From: Parcubacteria group bacterium
Lineage (GTDB): Bacteria > Patescibacteriota > Microgenomatia > UBA1400 > PJMF01
Direction: 5' to 3'
Assembly (NCBI GenBank): GCA_943350175.1
Contig: CALQZX010000005.1
Location: 150-64,149 of the forward strand
DNA: 64,000 bases
Shown here: positions 8,814 through 16,890 of the stretch, one piece after another
Position numbering within the stretch: position 1 is the first letter of the stretch
Layout of the letters: every line of letters starts with the position of its first letter
Program-made: the position numbers and the translations under genes
The notes under the pieces: model-generated
Database searches by the model: none
The model's input: only the letters and a program-made list of their open reading frames with translations
Told to the model about the DNA's origin: nothing

Positions 8814-9416
8814 ATGAATCCAAAGCTAGTACTTACACTCTGGTCGTTTCGCAAAGAACTTAAATTCGTCCTCCTCGCATTCCTCACCATCCTCATGCTT
8901 CCTGTCATTGCGGTCATTCTGCTGACTCAGGTGGGTATAAATATTATCTCCGACAAGTTGGTTGATCAAAATCCGACCAATCAAAGCATCCAGATCAAAG
9001 ACCCAACAACTGGAGAGGTAGTCAAAGAAATTAATCCGACAGTTGTCTGGCCCACCAAAGGGGTAATTACTCTGGAATTTGCACAATCGAGCATGTATCA
9101 GGTCTTCCATACTGGCATAGATATTGCCAGTAAGCTAGATGAACCAGTGAACCCCGCTATGGAAGGCACTGTTATTTATGCGGGAGAGATATTTTGGGGA
9201 TTTGGTAAGCATGTCATTATTGATCACGGAAATAATGTCGTGACTATCTATGCCCACCTAAACAAGATTTACGTCTTTAAAGGCCAAAAGGTGACCACCA
9301 GCGACGTAATTGGTGGCCAAGGTCAAACAGGTTGGGCTACTGGAGTTCACCTTCACTTTCAGGTGAATATATATGGGATACCAGTCAATCCGAGGGTGTT
9401 TTTGGATATTAGATAG
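8814..9416 (+). CDS. Membrane-anchored M23 family peptidoglycan peptidase
   Basis: HTGIDIA, YAHL and TGVHLHF zinc motifs; N-terminal TM segment. Confidence 0.9.
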   Translation: MNPKLVLTLWSFRKELKFVLLAFLTILMLPVIAVILLTQVGINIISDKLVDQNPTNQSIQIKDPTTGEVVKEINPTVVWPTKGVITLEFAQSSMYQVFHTGIDIASKLDEPVNPAMEGTVIYAGEIFWGFGKHVIIDHGNNVVTIYAHLNKIYVFKGQKVTTSDVIGGQGQTGWATGVHLHFQVNIYGIPVNPRVFLDIR

Positions 9417-9484
9417 ATTATAAGCTAAGTTATATAATTGGGATGTAAATGGTATTTTGTAAATAATGACTAAAAGAATAAACC

Positions 9485-11860
9485 ATGACCAAAAACAATA
9501 AAGGACTATTTAATAAAAAGGTTGAAAGTCTTTTGCGTAGATTACTTAGAAATGGCAACCGAAAATTTATTTCTATCAATAAGCTCATAGCGTTCAATTA
9601 TTACCTCATTGCGCTGAGAGCAAAAACATTTTTCAGATTTCGAGTTCTCCATTTTCTTAACGCCAAGAAAATGCTTATTGGTTCGTTGATTTATTTTTTG
9701 CTCCTGATAGGCTCTATACTTTTATTAGGGCAGTTTATTGATCCAGCATTTGCTAGGAGTGATGCCATCACCTTTTTTACAGCAGTAGCGGCCATGATCG
9801 GTGGTATCTTAGCAATTATCTTTTCACTTAGTATTCTCCTGATGGGAAATGCAGCAGAGCGTATTCCGGTAGGTTTTTATGAGACTGCTGCAAGAGATTG
9901 GTTGCACGATGTGATATTTTTTCTCATTAGCATTTGTTCTTTAGTGGTCTTCTCTTTTGCACTACTATTTAGCAAACTCAATCTAGGGCTTACGGTACTC
10001 TCTTTTCAGTCAGCTATATTTTTGATTGGCTTTGTTTTCTACCTAACCTTTGTCTTCTATCAAAGAGTTCGAGACAGGCTTGACCCAAATAATGTATTAA
10101 AAATTGCCTCTAAGCAAGCCTTCGCCAAGTTAGACTTCACTCATAAACGAGCTCAAGAAATCGCTGACGTTTTGATTAGACAGCCAAAGTTGGATAAAAA
10201 GGTCACTAAAGAGGAAGCATTGGCAACTTCTTTTCAATATTTGAAACCAGAGTTTGCTTACATCAATAGCAGACTCAACTATCTTTTTGACTATCATGGA
10301 AAATTGGTGGCCTCCAACGAGAGAAGCTCTGCTCTTGGTGTTCTGCAGGTAATAACCAATATTCTTCAAAAGTATTTTCAAACCAGAAAAGATTCCTCGT
10401 TCGTACTACCTGCCGGATTTATTTTAGCCACCACGAGCGATTCTTGTGCTTTCCTAACTCCTCCACTAGAAAGACTAGTGGCTGTTGGTGAAAATTACAT
10501 GAGAGAAAATGACAATGAAGGGATTACCCGAGTAATTTCTATCTTTGTGCAGTTATGTAAGTCAGCCAGTGAGATCAACTATCTGACCAAACATAAGGTA
10601 GAAAGCCCAATAATGGAGCAATGTAGAGGCTACCTAAACCAACTGCTTGAGAGTGCTATTAAATTTAACTATCAGGAGGCTCTATTCCAAGGCATATTAG
10701 CATATGAAGAAATAATTCCAATCGTAATAAAACAGAATCTCCACCATGAGTTTATATCGATTTATGACATGCTCGACAAGATTGCCATGAGTGCCCTAAC
10801 AAACAAATATAACGTAGTTTTAGGTCAGGTAATAAATACTTACACTTCGATTCTGTCTCAACTGATAGCGACAAAATACTTTAACTTGGAAATGGAACTA
10901 GGTTCTTTATGGGAACACTTGAGGAATATTATTTTTTACGCATATGTTTCTATGGTGACTGGCTCTCTTGATAACAGCTTTTCAGTTCAAACAAACTTAG
11001 CAAACCCATTCACAGCAATGTCCTCGATGATTTTCCAAACAGCAAGAGCAGCTACGAACGCTAAAACTGAAGAAGAAATCAACGACTGGAAGGAGGCATT
11101 CTTTACTACTACAGAGGAGTTAAGATCTACTCTCCGCTACCTTTCAGAAAAGATGAAGACAGCCAATCACATTTTGATCAGCACCTTTGGTGAGATTATT
11201 TCCGATGTAGGTTGTTTATTAGTCGACTTGACTAAAAACGGGAAATGGGCAGGTGATAAAGAAGAACTCACAAAACAAATTGGTTGGTATATCTTCCAGA
11301 CAGAATGGTTTACCCATGACCTTAAAAAGATCAAAGATAACAATTCGTTTGACTCTCTAATTGAAGCAGCATCAAAAATAGGTATAAGAGCCATGCAACA
11401 AGAGTTAGATCAAACTGCCAAGGATGCAATTAAAATTCTTTACAACTTTGCCATTAAGATGATGACTTTAGGTGAAGGTGATAGTTATGGTTTTACGGAA
11501 CCAAGAATAATGGAGAGAGCTTGCTACATTGGAGTGCTGGCTCTTAAATTGGGTAAAACAGAGATTATAGACGATTTGAAAGGTTATATAAAAACCTTTG
11601 AAGATGCATATCGAAAAAAATGGTATCCAGAAGGGCCACCAGAAAAAGGAAAGTTAATCTCGCCAAGTTATGATCAACTAATGATGGAAGTGCATGGTCT
11701 TGTAGAAAAGAAAAGAAGTCGTTACGGGCTTTTACCAATTATGGATCGAGCAGATGATGATCTACTACCACTCATCACAGAAGAAGATGTAAACAAATTT
11801 ATTATGGAAGTCTGGGGTGTAACGATTGAAACTAAGACTAGTAGCAGTATGTTTTTTTAA
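9485..11860 (+). CDS. Hypothetical protein with about four N-terminal TM helices (DUF2254-like topology) and a large helical domain
   Basis: 791-aa ORF; hydrophobic N-terminus; no catalytic motif recognised. Confidence 0.6.
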   Translation: MTKNNKGLFNKKVESLLRRLLRNGNRKFISINKLIAFNYYLIALRAKTFFRFRVLHFLNAKKMLIGSLIYFLLLIGSILLLGQFIDPAFARSDAITFFTAVAAMIGGILAIIFSLSILLMGNAAERIPVGFYETAARDWLHDVIFFLISICSLVVFSFALLFSKLNLGLTVLSFQSAIFLIGFVFYLTFVFYQRVRDRLDPNNVLKIASKQAFAKLDFTHKRAQEIADVLIRQPKLDKKVTKEEALATSFQYLKPEFAYINSRLNYLFDYHGKLVASNERSSALGVLQVITNILQKYFQTRKDSSFVLPAGFILATTSDSCAFLTPPLERLVAVGENYMRENDNEGITRVISIFVQLCKSASEINYLTKHKVESPIMEQCRGYLNQLLESAIKFNYQEALFQGILAYEEIIPIVIKQNLHHEFISIYDMLDKIAMSALTNKYNVVLGQVINTYTSILSQLIATKYFNLEMELGSLWEHLRNIIFYAYVSMVTGSLDNSFSVQTNLANPFTAMSSMIFQTARAATNAKTEEEINDWKEAFFTTTEELRSTLRYLSEKMKTANHILISTFGEIISDVGCLLVDLTKNGKWAGDKEELTKQIGWYIFQTEWFTHDLKKIKDNNSFDSLIEAASKIGIRAMQQELDQTAKDAIKILYNFAIKMMTLGEGDSYGFTEPRIMERACYIGVLALKLGKTEIIDDLKGYIKTFEDAYRKKWYPEGPPEKGKLISPSYDQLMMEVHGLVEKKRSRYGLLPIMDRADDDLLPLITEEDVNKFIMEVWGVTIETKTSSSMFF

Positions 11861-11868
11861 CATGCATA

Positions 11869-12090
11869 ATGAACTATAATAACTTTATGTCGCCAGAAAA
11901 GATTGGTAAAAAACTAAAAGAAGCACGTATAAGGCTTGGACTTACGCAATCTGATGTGGCTGAAAAAGCTGGCATTAGCGCGAATTATTACGCCAGAGTT
12001 GAACGAGACGAGGAAAACACTACGGTTGAAACCTTGAAAGGAATCTGTAAGGTTCTGAAGATCAAATCCTCGAAAGTACTTTCTTTTTAA
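11869..12090 (+). CDS. XRE-family HTH regulator
   Basis: LKEARIRLGLTQSDVAEKAGISANYYARVER. Confidence 0.88.
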   Translation: MNYNNFMSPEKIGKKLKEARIRLGLTQSDVAEKAGISANYYARVERDEENTTVETLKGICKVLKIKSSKVLSF

Positions 12091-12296
12091 TCTTTCTTGA
12101 GCTTGATTGGATCAATTTTTCCGGACTGTTCGTCTTCTACAAGTTTGTGTGCTAGTTCATGAGCCATATCTGCATTTTCCTCTAGAAACTTGATTGCATC
12201 CTCCCGAGTAGCGTTCTTATCTTTGTTCGTGCGAAGATATCCGAGAATCCCGTCAATATCTTTCTCGGTAATTTGGTAGCCTGAGTTTTGCGTCAT
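12087..12296 (-). CDS. Small hypothetical protein
   Basis: Charged helical ORF convergent on the XRE gene; start taken at MTQNSG. Confidence 0.55.
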   Translation of the reverse strand: MTQNSGYQITEKDIDGILGYLRTNKDKNATREDAIKFLEENADMAHELAHKLVEDEQSGKIDPIKLKKD

Positions 12297-12316
12297 ATGG
12301 TCGAAGTATAACACTT

Positions 12317-12763
12317 TCATATGTATCTCCCAAAATTCAAATAATTAAACATATCTACGGCGAAGCCGCCGCCCTCCATGCGGCGCATGATTTCTCTACT
12401 ATGAATCTGCGATAAAATGTTCAAACTGCCTTCCCAAAGAATGCTTCTATCAATAATTGCTAGTTTCCGGTGATGATTGCCTGTGCAGAGCAAAACCTGT
12501 ATTCCTAAGGCTTCACAAGCCTCGATTTCACTCTCCGACTGGACTTCGTAGCCATCACTGTGGTCTTGGGGATCACGGGTGATAATATAGATTTTAACTC
12601 CCTTGGAGTAGGCATGCTTTAAGCTCGGCCAGAGCATTTTCATTCGACTGGAGGTGATAAACGGACTTTCGATGATTATTTCCTCGGCAGCTTGGTCAAG
12701 ATCCCTCAAGAAGGCTTTGTAGAACGTCTTTTCATCATAGAGAGTGGAGTTGTAGTTATTCAT
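12317..12763 (-). CDS. Stand-alone PLD-like (single HKD) nuclease-family protein
   Basis: IIIESPFIT and HRKLAIID...EGSLN; GGAGGTG RBS. Confidence 0.85.
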   Translation of the reverse strand: MNNYNSTLYDEKTFYKAFLRDLDQAAEEIIIESPFITSSRMKMLWPSLKHAYSKGVKIYIITRDPQDHSDGYEVQSESEIEACEALGIQVLLCTGNHHRKLAIIDRSILWEGSLNILSQIHSREIMRRMEGGGFAVDMFNYLNFGRYI

Positions 12764-12893
12764 GGCTCACCTCCATGTTATCAATATAGACAATTTTCCC
12801 GTTTACCTCTTGGATACCAAGTTCTTGAAGTTTATAATACGTCTTGATCACACTGTCAAAAAGCAGTTCCACCTGTAAGACAGTGGGCTCACA
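12756..12893 (-). other. Orphan recombinase C-terminal tail at the right junction of island A
   Basis: Reads CEPTVLQVELLFDSVIK...HE* and shares EPxxxxVExLxxSxxK with the island B tail. Confidence 0.6.
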
Positions 12894-12930
12894 TATAAAA
12901 ACAGACGCATTTATGCGTCTTTTTTTATAT
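12893..12930. terminator. Bidirectional terminator-like palindrome
   Basis: ATATAAAAAc-AGACGCA-ttta-TGCGTCT-TTTTTTATAT. Confidence 0.7.
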
Positions 12931-13061
12931 GTGAGAGCCGGTATTGATGAGAGCACATGGTTCGCGTTATTGAGCTAAATAATGCACATGAGCATAGCGA
13001 GGCGCATTATGCTCAATAATCTGAGGCGGCGTAGCACGCTCAGCGTCTCCACCGGACTCAC
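12931..13061. repeat. Palindromic mini-element, unit 1
   Basis: Ends GTGAGagCCGGT / ACCGGaCTCAC; inner stems TTATTGAGC/GCTCAATAA and ATAATGC/GCATTAT. Confidence 0.6.
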
Positions 13062-13062
13062 T

Positions 13063-13100
13063 TTATAAAAAAATCACGCTGCAAGCGTGTTTTTTTATAA
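13063..13100. terminator. Second bidirectional terminator-like palindrome
   Basis: TTATAAAAAAAt-CACGCT-gca-AGCGTG-TTTTTTTATAA. Confidence 0.7.
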
Positions 13101-13214
13101 ATGAGGCTGGTTTTGATGAGAACACATGTGGCAGGTTGTAGTAGAATTCAATTATTAACCTTCCAAACGTCGCATATACAGGCGACGTTTGGCGACTTAT
13201 TCCGCATAGGCTTT

Positions 13215-13778
13215 ATGGCTATCATCTTAATACATCTACTCAATTATTCGGGACTTGTGAGTATAGTTCTCAGCTTGGCGTTGTTTTCGTGGAGTTGGGT
13301 TGTTAGCGGGCTTAGCCTAAAATCCAACGTTTTGTGTGATTGTGGCAGTAATAAGTGTTCCAAGATATTCAACCCAGCTCTATCAATATTCGGCACTTTG
13401 CAAGTTATCTTCACTTGGGTTATTATCAACAAGTTTCTCCTAGCTCCATTTCATTGGATTATTCTTCCGCCATTAATGGCGGGCTTAATGGTTTTGGGAT
13501 TATCTGTATTTGATAATGCCAAGCATAAGCCTCTTCATGAAGCACTAGGCTATTCGACTTTTATTATCCTATCTGTTTGGGCGATCATTTTCTCGCTTAT
13601 GCTTGGTACCGCCAATAATTTTATTGGTTTCGTTTCCGGAATTATTGCCACATTTTTAGCTCTTGGAACGCTTATTGCCTATCGTAAGTACAGGCTCTGC
13701 GCTATTCCAGAGTTAGTATTCATCCTAGGGGTGTTCATTTGGAATATTTTCTTTACTTACTCGATATTCTTTCTCTAA
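13215..13778 (+). CDS. DUF998-like membrane protein in a cassette-like unit
   Basis: Polytopic; SLKSNVLCDCG and KPLH motifs; flanked by 26-bp inverted repeats. ATG 13215 preferred because 13101 lies in the repeat. Confidence 0.65.
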   Translation: MAIILIHLLNYSGLVSIVLSLALFSWSWVVSGLSLKSNVLCDCGSNKCSKIFNPALSIFGTLQVIFTWVIINKFLLAPFHWIILPPLMAGLMVLGLSVFDNAKHKPLHEALGYSTFIILSVWAIIFSLMLGTANNFIGFVSGIIATFLALGTLIAYRKYRLCAIPELVFILGVFIWNIFFTYSIFFL

Positions 13779-13868
13779 TCCAGCCTATGCGAAATACGTC
13801 GCCTAACTAGCGTGTATGTGGTTTGGGCTCAGCTCGTCCTCACTTTATATTGTATAATTTCCTAGAAT

Positions 13869-14492
13869 ATGTCTCCAATCAATCCTATTCATTTTATCTA
13901 CTTTGATGTTGGCGGAGTTCTTCTTGAATTTGAACGCTCTCGCACTGAAATTCCTCAAATATTTGGTATTGATAAAGTAAGCTATAGTCAAATTATGGCC
14001 AACGTCGCTCATCAGCGCAACATTGGTAAATTAAATGGTCAAGAATTGGAAGTTATTTTTAATAAAGAATTTGGCAAAGTATTTCCTAAAGGATACTGGG
14101 TTACTGGCCAATCCGCAGAGTTCTTTTCTCCTATCAAAGAAATGCATGATTTTATTGTAAAACTAGCTACACATTATCGCTTAGGTTTATTAACCAATGT
14201 TAATCGTGAAATTCATGAGAGAATACAAAAAGATTTTATCACTGTACTTTACCCACCAGTAGATTTTGAAATAAAAATCACTTCTTTTGAAGAAGGTGTG
14301 GCTAAACCAGACTTAGAAATTTATCGTCGTGCTATTGCTCGCACCAACCTTCACGCAGCAGAAATTTTATTTATTGACGATAAATTAGAAAATATTACCG
14401 CAGCCAAACAGGCAGGTATGCAAGCAATGCTGTTTGAAACTAAAAATCCACAAAAAATGATAGAAAATTTGAGCAAACTGCTTTTGTCGTAG
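13869..14492 (+). CDS. HAD-superfamily hydrolase
   Basis: FDVGGVL, LLTN, KPD and FIDD motifs. Confidence 0.9.
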   Translation: MSPINPIHFIYFDVGGVLLEFERSRTEIPQIFGIDKVSYSQIMANVAHQRNIGKLNGQELEVIFNKEFGKVFPKGYWVTGQSAEFFSPIKEMHDFIVKLATHYRLGLLTNVNREIHERIQKDFITVLYPPVDFEIKITSFEEGVAKPDLEIYRRAIARTNLHAAEILFIDDKLENITAAKQAGMQAMLFETKNPQKMIENLSKLLLS

Positions 14493-14530
14493 GTTTGCAC
14501 TTCCCTCTTTTTTCCTTTATAATTTTTGTC

Positions 14531-16294
14531 ATGCCCACCGACACACGTTTACTTTATGTTCTAGCCGACTTGGCTTATATAGCCAAATTAATTCCTGGCA
14601 AAAAAGCCCACGATTTCATTTTGTCCGACTTTCGCCAGATCAATGGTGAATTTTTGGACGAAAATATTTTACTTGAAGCAAATTTAACTAAACTTTTTTC
14701 TAAATTAGAAGCCGGAAGTTATAAATTGATTCTTCCAGACTTTCTATTTACCAGCACCATCATCAATGTTGAATTTGATAATGAAGAAGCAGTCAAAGAG
14801 CATCTAAAAAATAAATTGTTGCCAGAACTTGGTATTAATAGTGAAGATTATTATCTTGATACAACGGTTCTTAGTAACTATAAAGGATCGTTCAAAGTTC
14901 AGCTGACTGCTTTGGAGAAATCAGTGGTCGCTCCGCTTGCCAAAATTCTCAAGGAAAACAAAGAAGTCAAAATTGACGCCATTTCCCCACTTAGTTGGAC
15001 CACTAAATCAATAATTAGCCTAGAGCCTTCCGTGGCGATCTTACAAATGGGCAATCATTTGTTTTTGGCAGAGCATTACATCGGTGTTGACCAATGCTAT
15101 GCTGTCGAAGTTGCAGAAGCTGCTAATTTTACCGACACAGTTCAGACTCTCAAAGGTGCTGAGCCAAGTTTGCAAACTGTCTATTTATTAACCAATAGTT
15201 TGGTTGATGACGCCATCAAAGAAAAACTTAAAGAAACTTTACCAGTTCAGCAATTGGCAGATCTGGCTAGTGAAGGTGGCAACATGCCTTCCTACGTCAA
15301 GCAAATCATTGAATCTGGAGCAAAAACCTTTTCTATTCCAGAATTTTTATTGCCACAGTTTGTTTTAGATAAGAACTACGAAGCCAAAGCAGCTGCGTCG
15401 AATAAAAAAGAAGACGAAGATTTAAGCAATCTAGTTAAACCAGCAGTGATCGGTGAAATTGTCTCGCCTACCCCAATCAATGTCAAAATTGAAGAAAAGG
15501 TTGAGGTGGCCGTAGAAAGTTTAGACGAAGAGGTGGAAGATAAGCCTGAACTTGTCGAAGAAAAAGTCGAAGAAAAAATAGTTGAAAAAGAACCAGAAAA
15601 AGTTGAGGAGCTTAAAATGCCAGAAAAACCAATAGAAGTAAAAGAAAAAGAAGTAGATTTTAGTCAATTTGCCAATTTAGCCATCGATTCATCAGTATTT
15701 AACAAAAACAAACAGTCTGCAGCTGGACAAACACAGCCAGCTAAAGACGGAAAGGGAGAGATGCCTTTAACAGATCTTCCAGAGAAAAAAATAATCAAAA
15801 ACCAAAATGATGGCTCTTCAGTGGCCAAGATGATTTTTATTGGCTTCTTGAGTTTTGTAGTCACCATTGCTCTTGGAATTGGAATTGGTTTGGCCTATTT
15901 AAAGTGGACAAATAGCAGCGACAATAGCAAGCCAGTGGTTGAAATTAACCCTACCGTTACTCCAACAATCGTAGCTACTGCCACTCCAGCTCCATTACCA
16001 ACAATCAAGAAAGCTGATTATAAGATTATAGTCGTAAATGCCACCACTAAAGCTGGTTATGCTTCTACCATTGTTGCCAAAGTTAAGGCAGCAGACTTTA
16101 AAGATGTATCTGCCAAGAATGCTAAAGGCATTTATGACAAAGGCGATTATCTTTTAGTCAAAGAAGATACTGCTGTGAATCAATCTTTATTAAAAGAACT
16201 AGAAAAAGCAACTTCTCTAACTTTGACTCTCAAAACTGGGATTGAGAAGGAAGACGCTAGTAGTGCTAGCGCCGTCATCGTACTCGGACAGTAG
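14531..16294 (+). CDS. Membrane protein with an acidic linker and LytR_C-like C-terminal domain
   Basis: E/K-rich linker, one TM segment, P/T linker, VVNATTKAGYA...VIVLG. Confidence 0.65.
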   Translation: MPTDTRLLYVLADLAYIAKLIPGKKAHDFILSDFRQINGEFLDENILLEANLTKLFSKLEAGSYKLILPDFLFTSTIINVEFDNEEAVKEHLKNKLLPELGINSEDYYLDTTVLSNYKGSFKVQLTALEKSVVAPLAKILKENKEVKIDAISPLSWTTKSIISLEPSVAILQMGNHLFLAEHYIGVDQCYAVEVAEAANFTDTVQTLKGAEPSLQTVYLLTNSLVDDAIKEKLKETLPVQQLADLASEGGNMPSYVKQIIESGAKTFSIPEFLLPQFVLDKNYEAKAAASNKKEDEDLSNLVKPAVIGEIVSPTPINVKIEEKVEVAVESLDEEVEDKPELVEEKVEEKIVEKEPEKVEELKMPEKPIEVKEKEVDFSQFANLAIDSSVFNKNKQSAAGQTQPAKDGKGEMPLTDLPEKKIIKNQNDGSSVAKMIFIGFLSFVVTIALGIGIGLAYLKWTNSSDNSKPVVEINPTVTPTIVATATPAPLPTIKKADYKIIVVNATTKAGYASTIVAKVKAADFKDVSAKNAKGIYDKGDYLLVKEDTAVNQSLLKELEKATSLTLTLKTGIEKEDASSASAVIVLGQ

Positions 16295-16336
16295 CTATTG
16301 CCAAAGACAGAAATTTATTTATACTAAGCAACTATT

Positions 16337-16807
16337 ATGGTAGACACAATTTCTATTACTCAGGAAGGCTTCGAAGAGCTTCAAGCAGAACTTCTCGAAC
16401 TCAAAGATGTAAAAATGCCTAAAGTGATCGAGCGTATTTCTAACGCTAGAGAACAAGGTGATCTATCTGAAAACGCTGACTATCATAGCGCCAGAGACGA
16501 GCGAGACATGTTGCAGGCTCGTATCAATGCTATCGAAGAAATTTTACTCAAAACCACCGTCACAGCTTCTGTCAAAACCGTTGCTGGAATTATTGCTCTT
16601 GGTTCAACTGTAACTTTGGAAATAGTTGGCAAGAGTAAAAAACTCACTTACGTAATGAGTGGTGAATATGAATCTAATCCTGCAGAGGGCAAGATCTCTA
16701 TTGAATCACCAGTTGGTAAGGCTTTGCTCAAGAAGAGCAAGGGCGATAAGGTGGAAGTGCAAACCCCGGCGGGACAAGTCACTTACAAAATTTTAGAAAT
16801 TAAATAA
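16337..16807 (+). CDS. greA: Transcription elongation factor GreA
   Basis: AREQGDLSENADY and ISIESPVGKAL. Confidence 0.96.
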   Translation: MVDTISITQEGFEELQAELLELKDVKMPKVIERISNAREQGDLSENADYHSARDERDMLQARINAIEEILLKTTVTASVKTVAGIIALGSTVTLEIVGKSKKLTYVMSGEYESNPAEGKISIESPVGKALLKKSKGDKVEVQTPAGQVTYKILEIK

Positions 16808-16828
16808 AAATTAAGAAAATAAGAATTT

Positions 16829-16856
16829 AAAAGCCCCGCTAGAAACGGGGCTTTTT
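16829..16856 (+). terminator. greA terminator
   Basis: AAAAGCCCCG-ctagaaa-CGGGGCTTTTT. Confidence 0.85.
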
Positions 16857-16890
16857 CGAATCAATTCATCGAGTATAATAAAGGAAAGAT

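Larger units (their letters stand above)
1..12892. mobile_element. Genomic island A (left end probably outside the window): Tat cargo locus, T4SS-like operon, XRE, PLD
   Basis: Accessory gene content; right junction marked by the orphan tail and a terminator hairpin. No integrase inside the window. Confidence 0.55.

Noticed and set aside
12893-13848. CRISPR array or hammerhead ribozyme (TGATGAG twice)
   Set aside because: Only two long divergent units with no regular spacers or cas genes; the core is TTGATGA rather than CTGATGA and no suitably placed GAAA.
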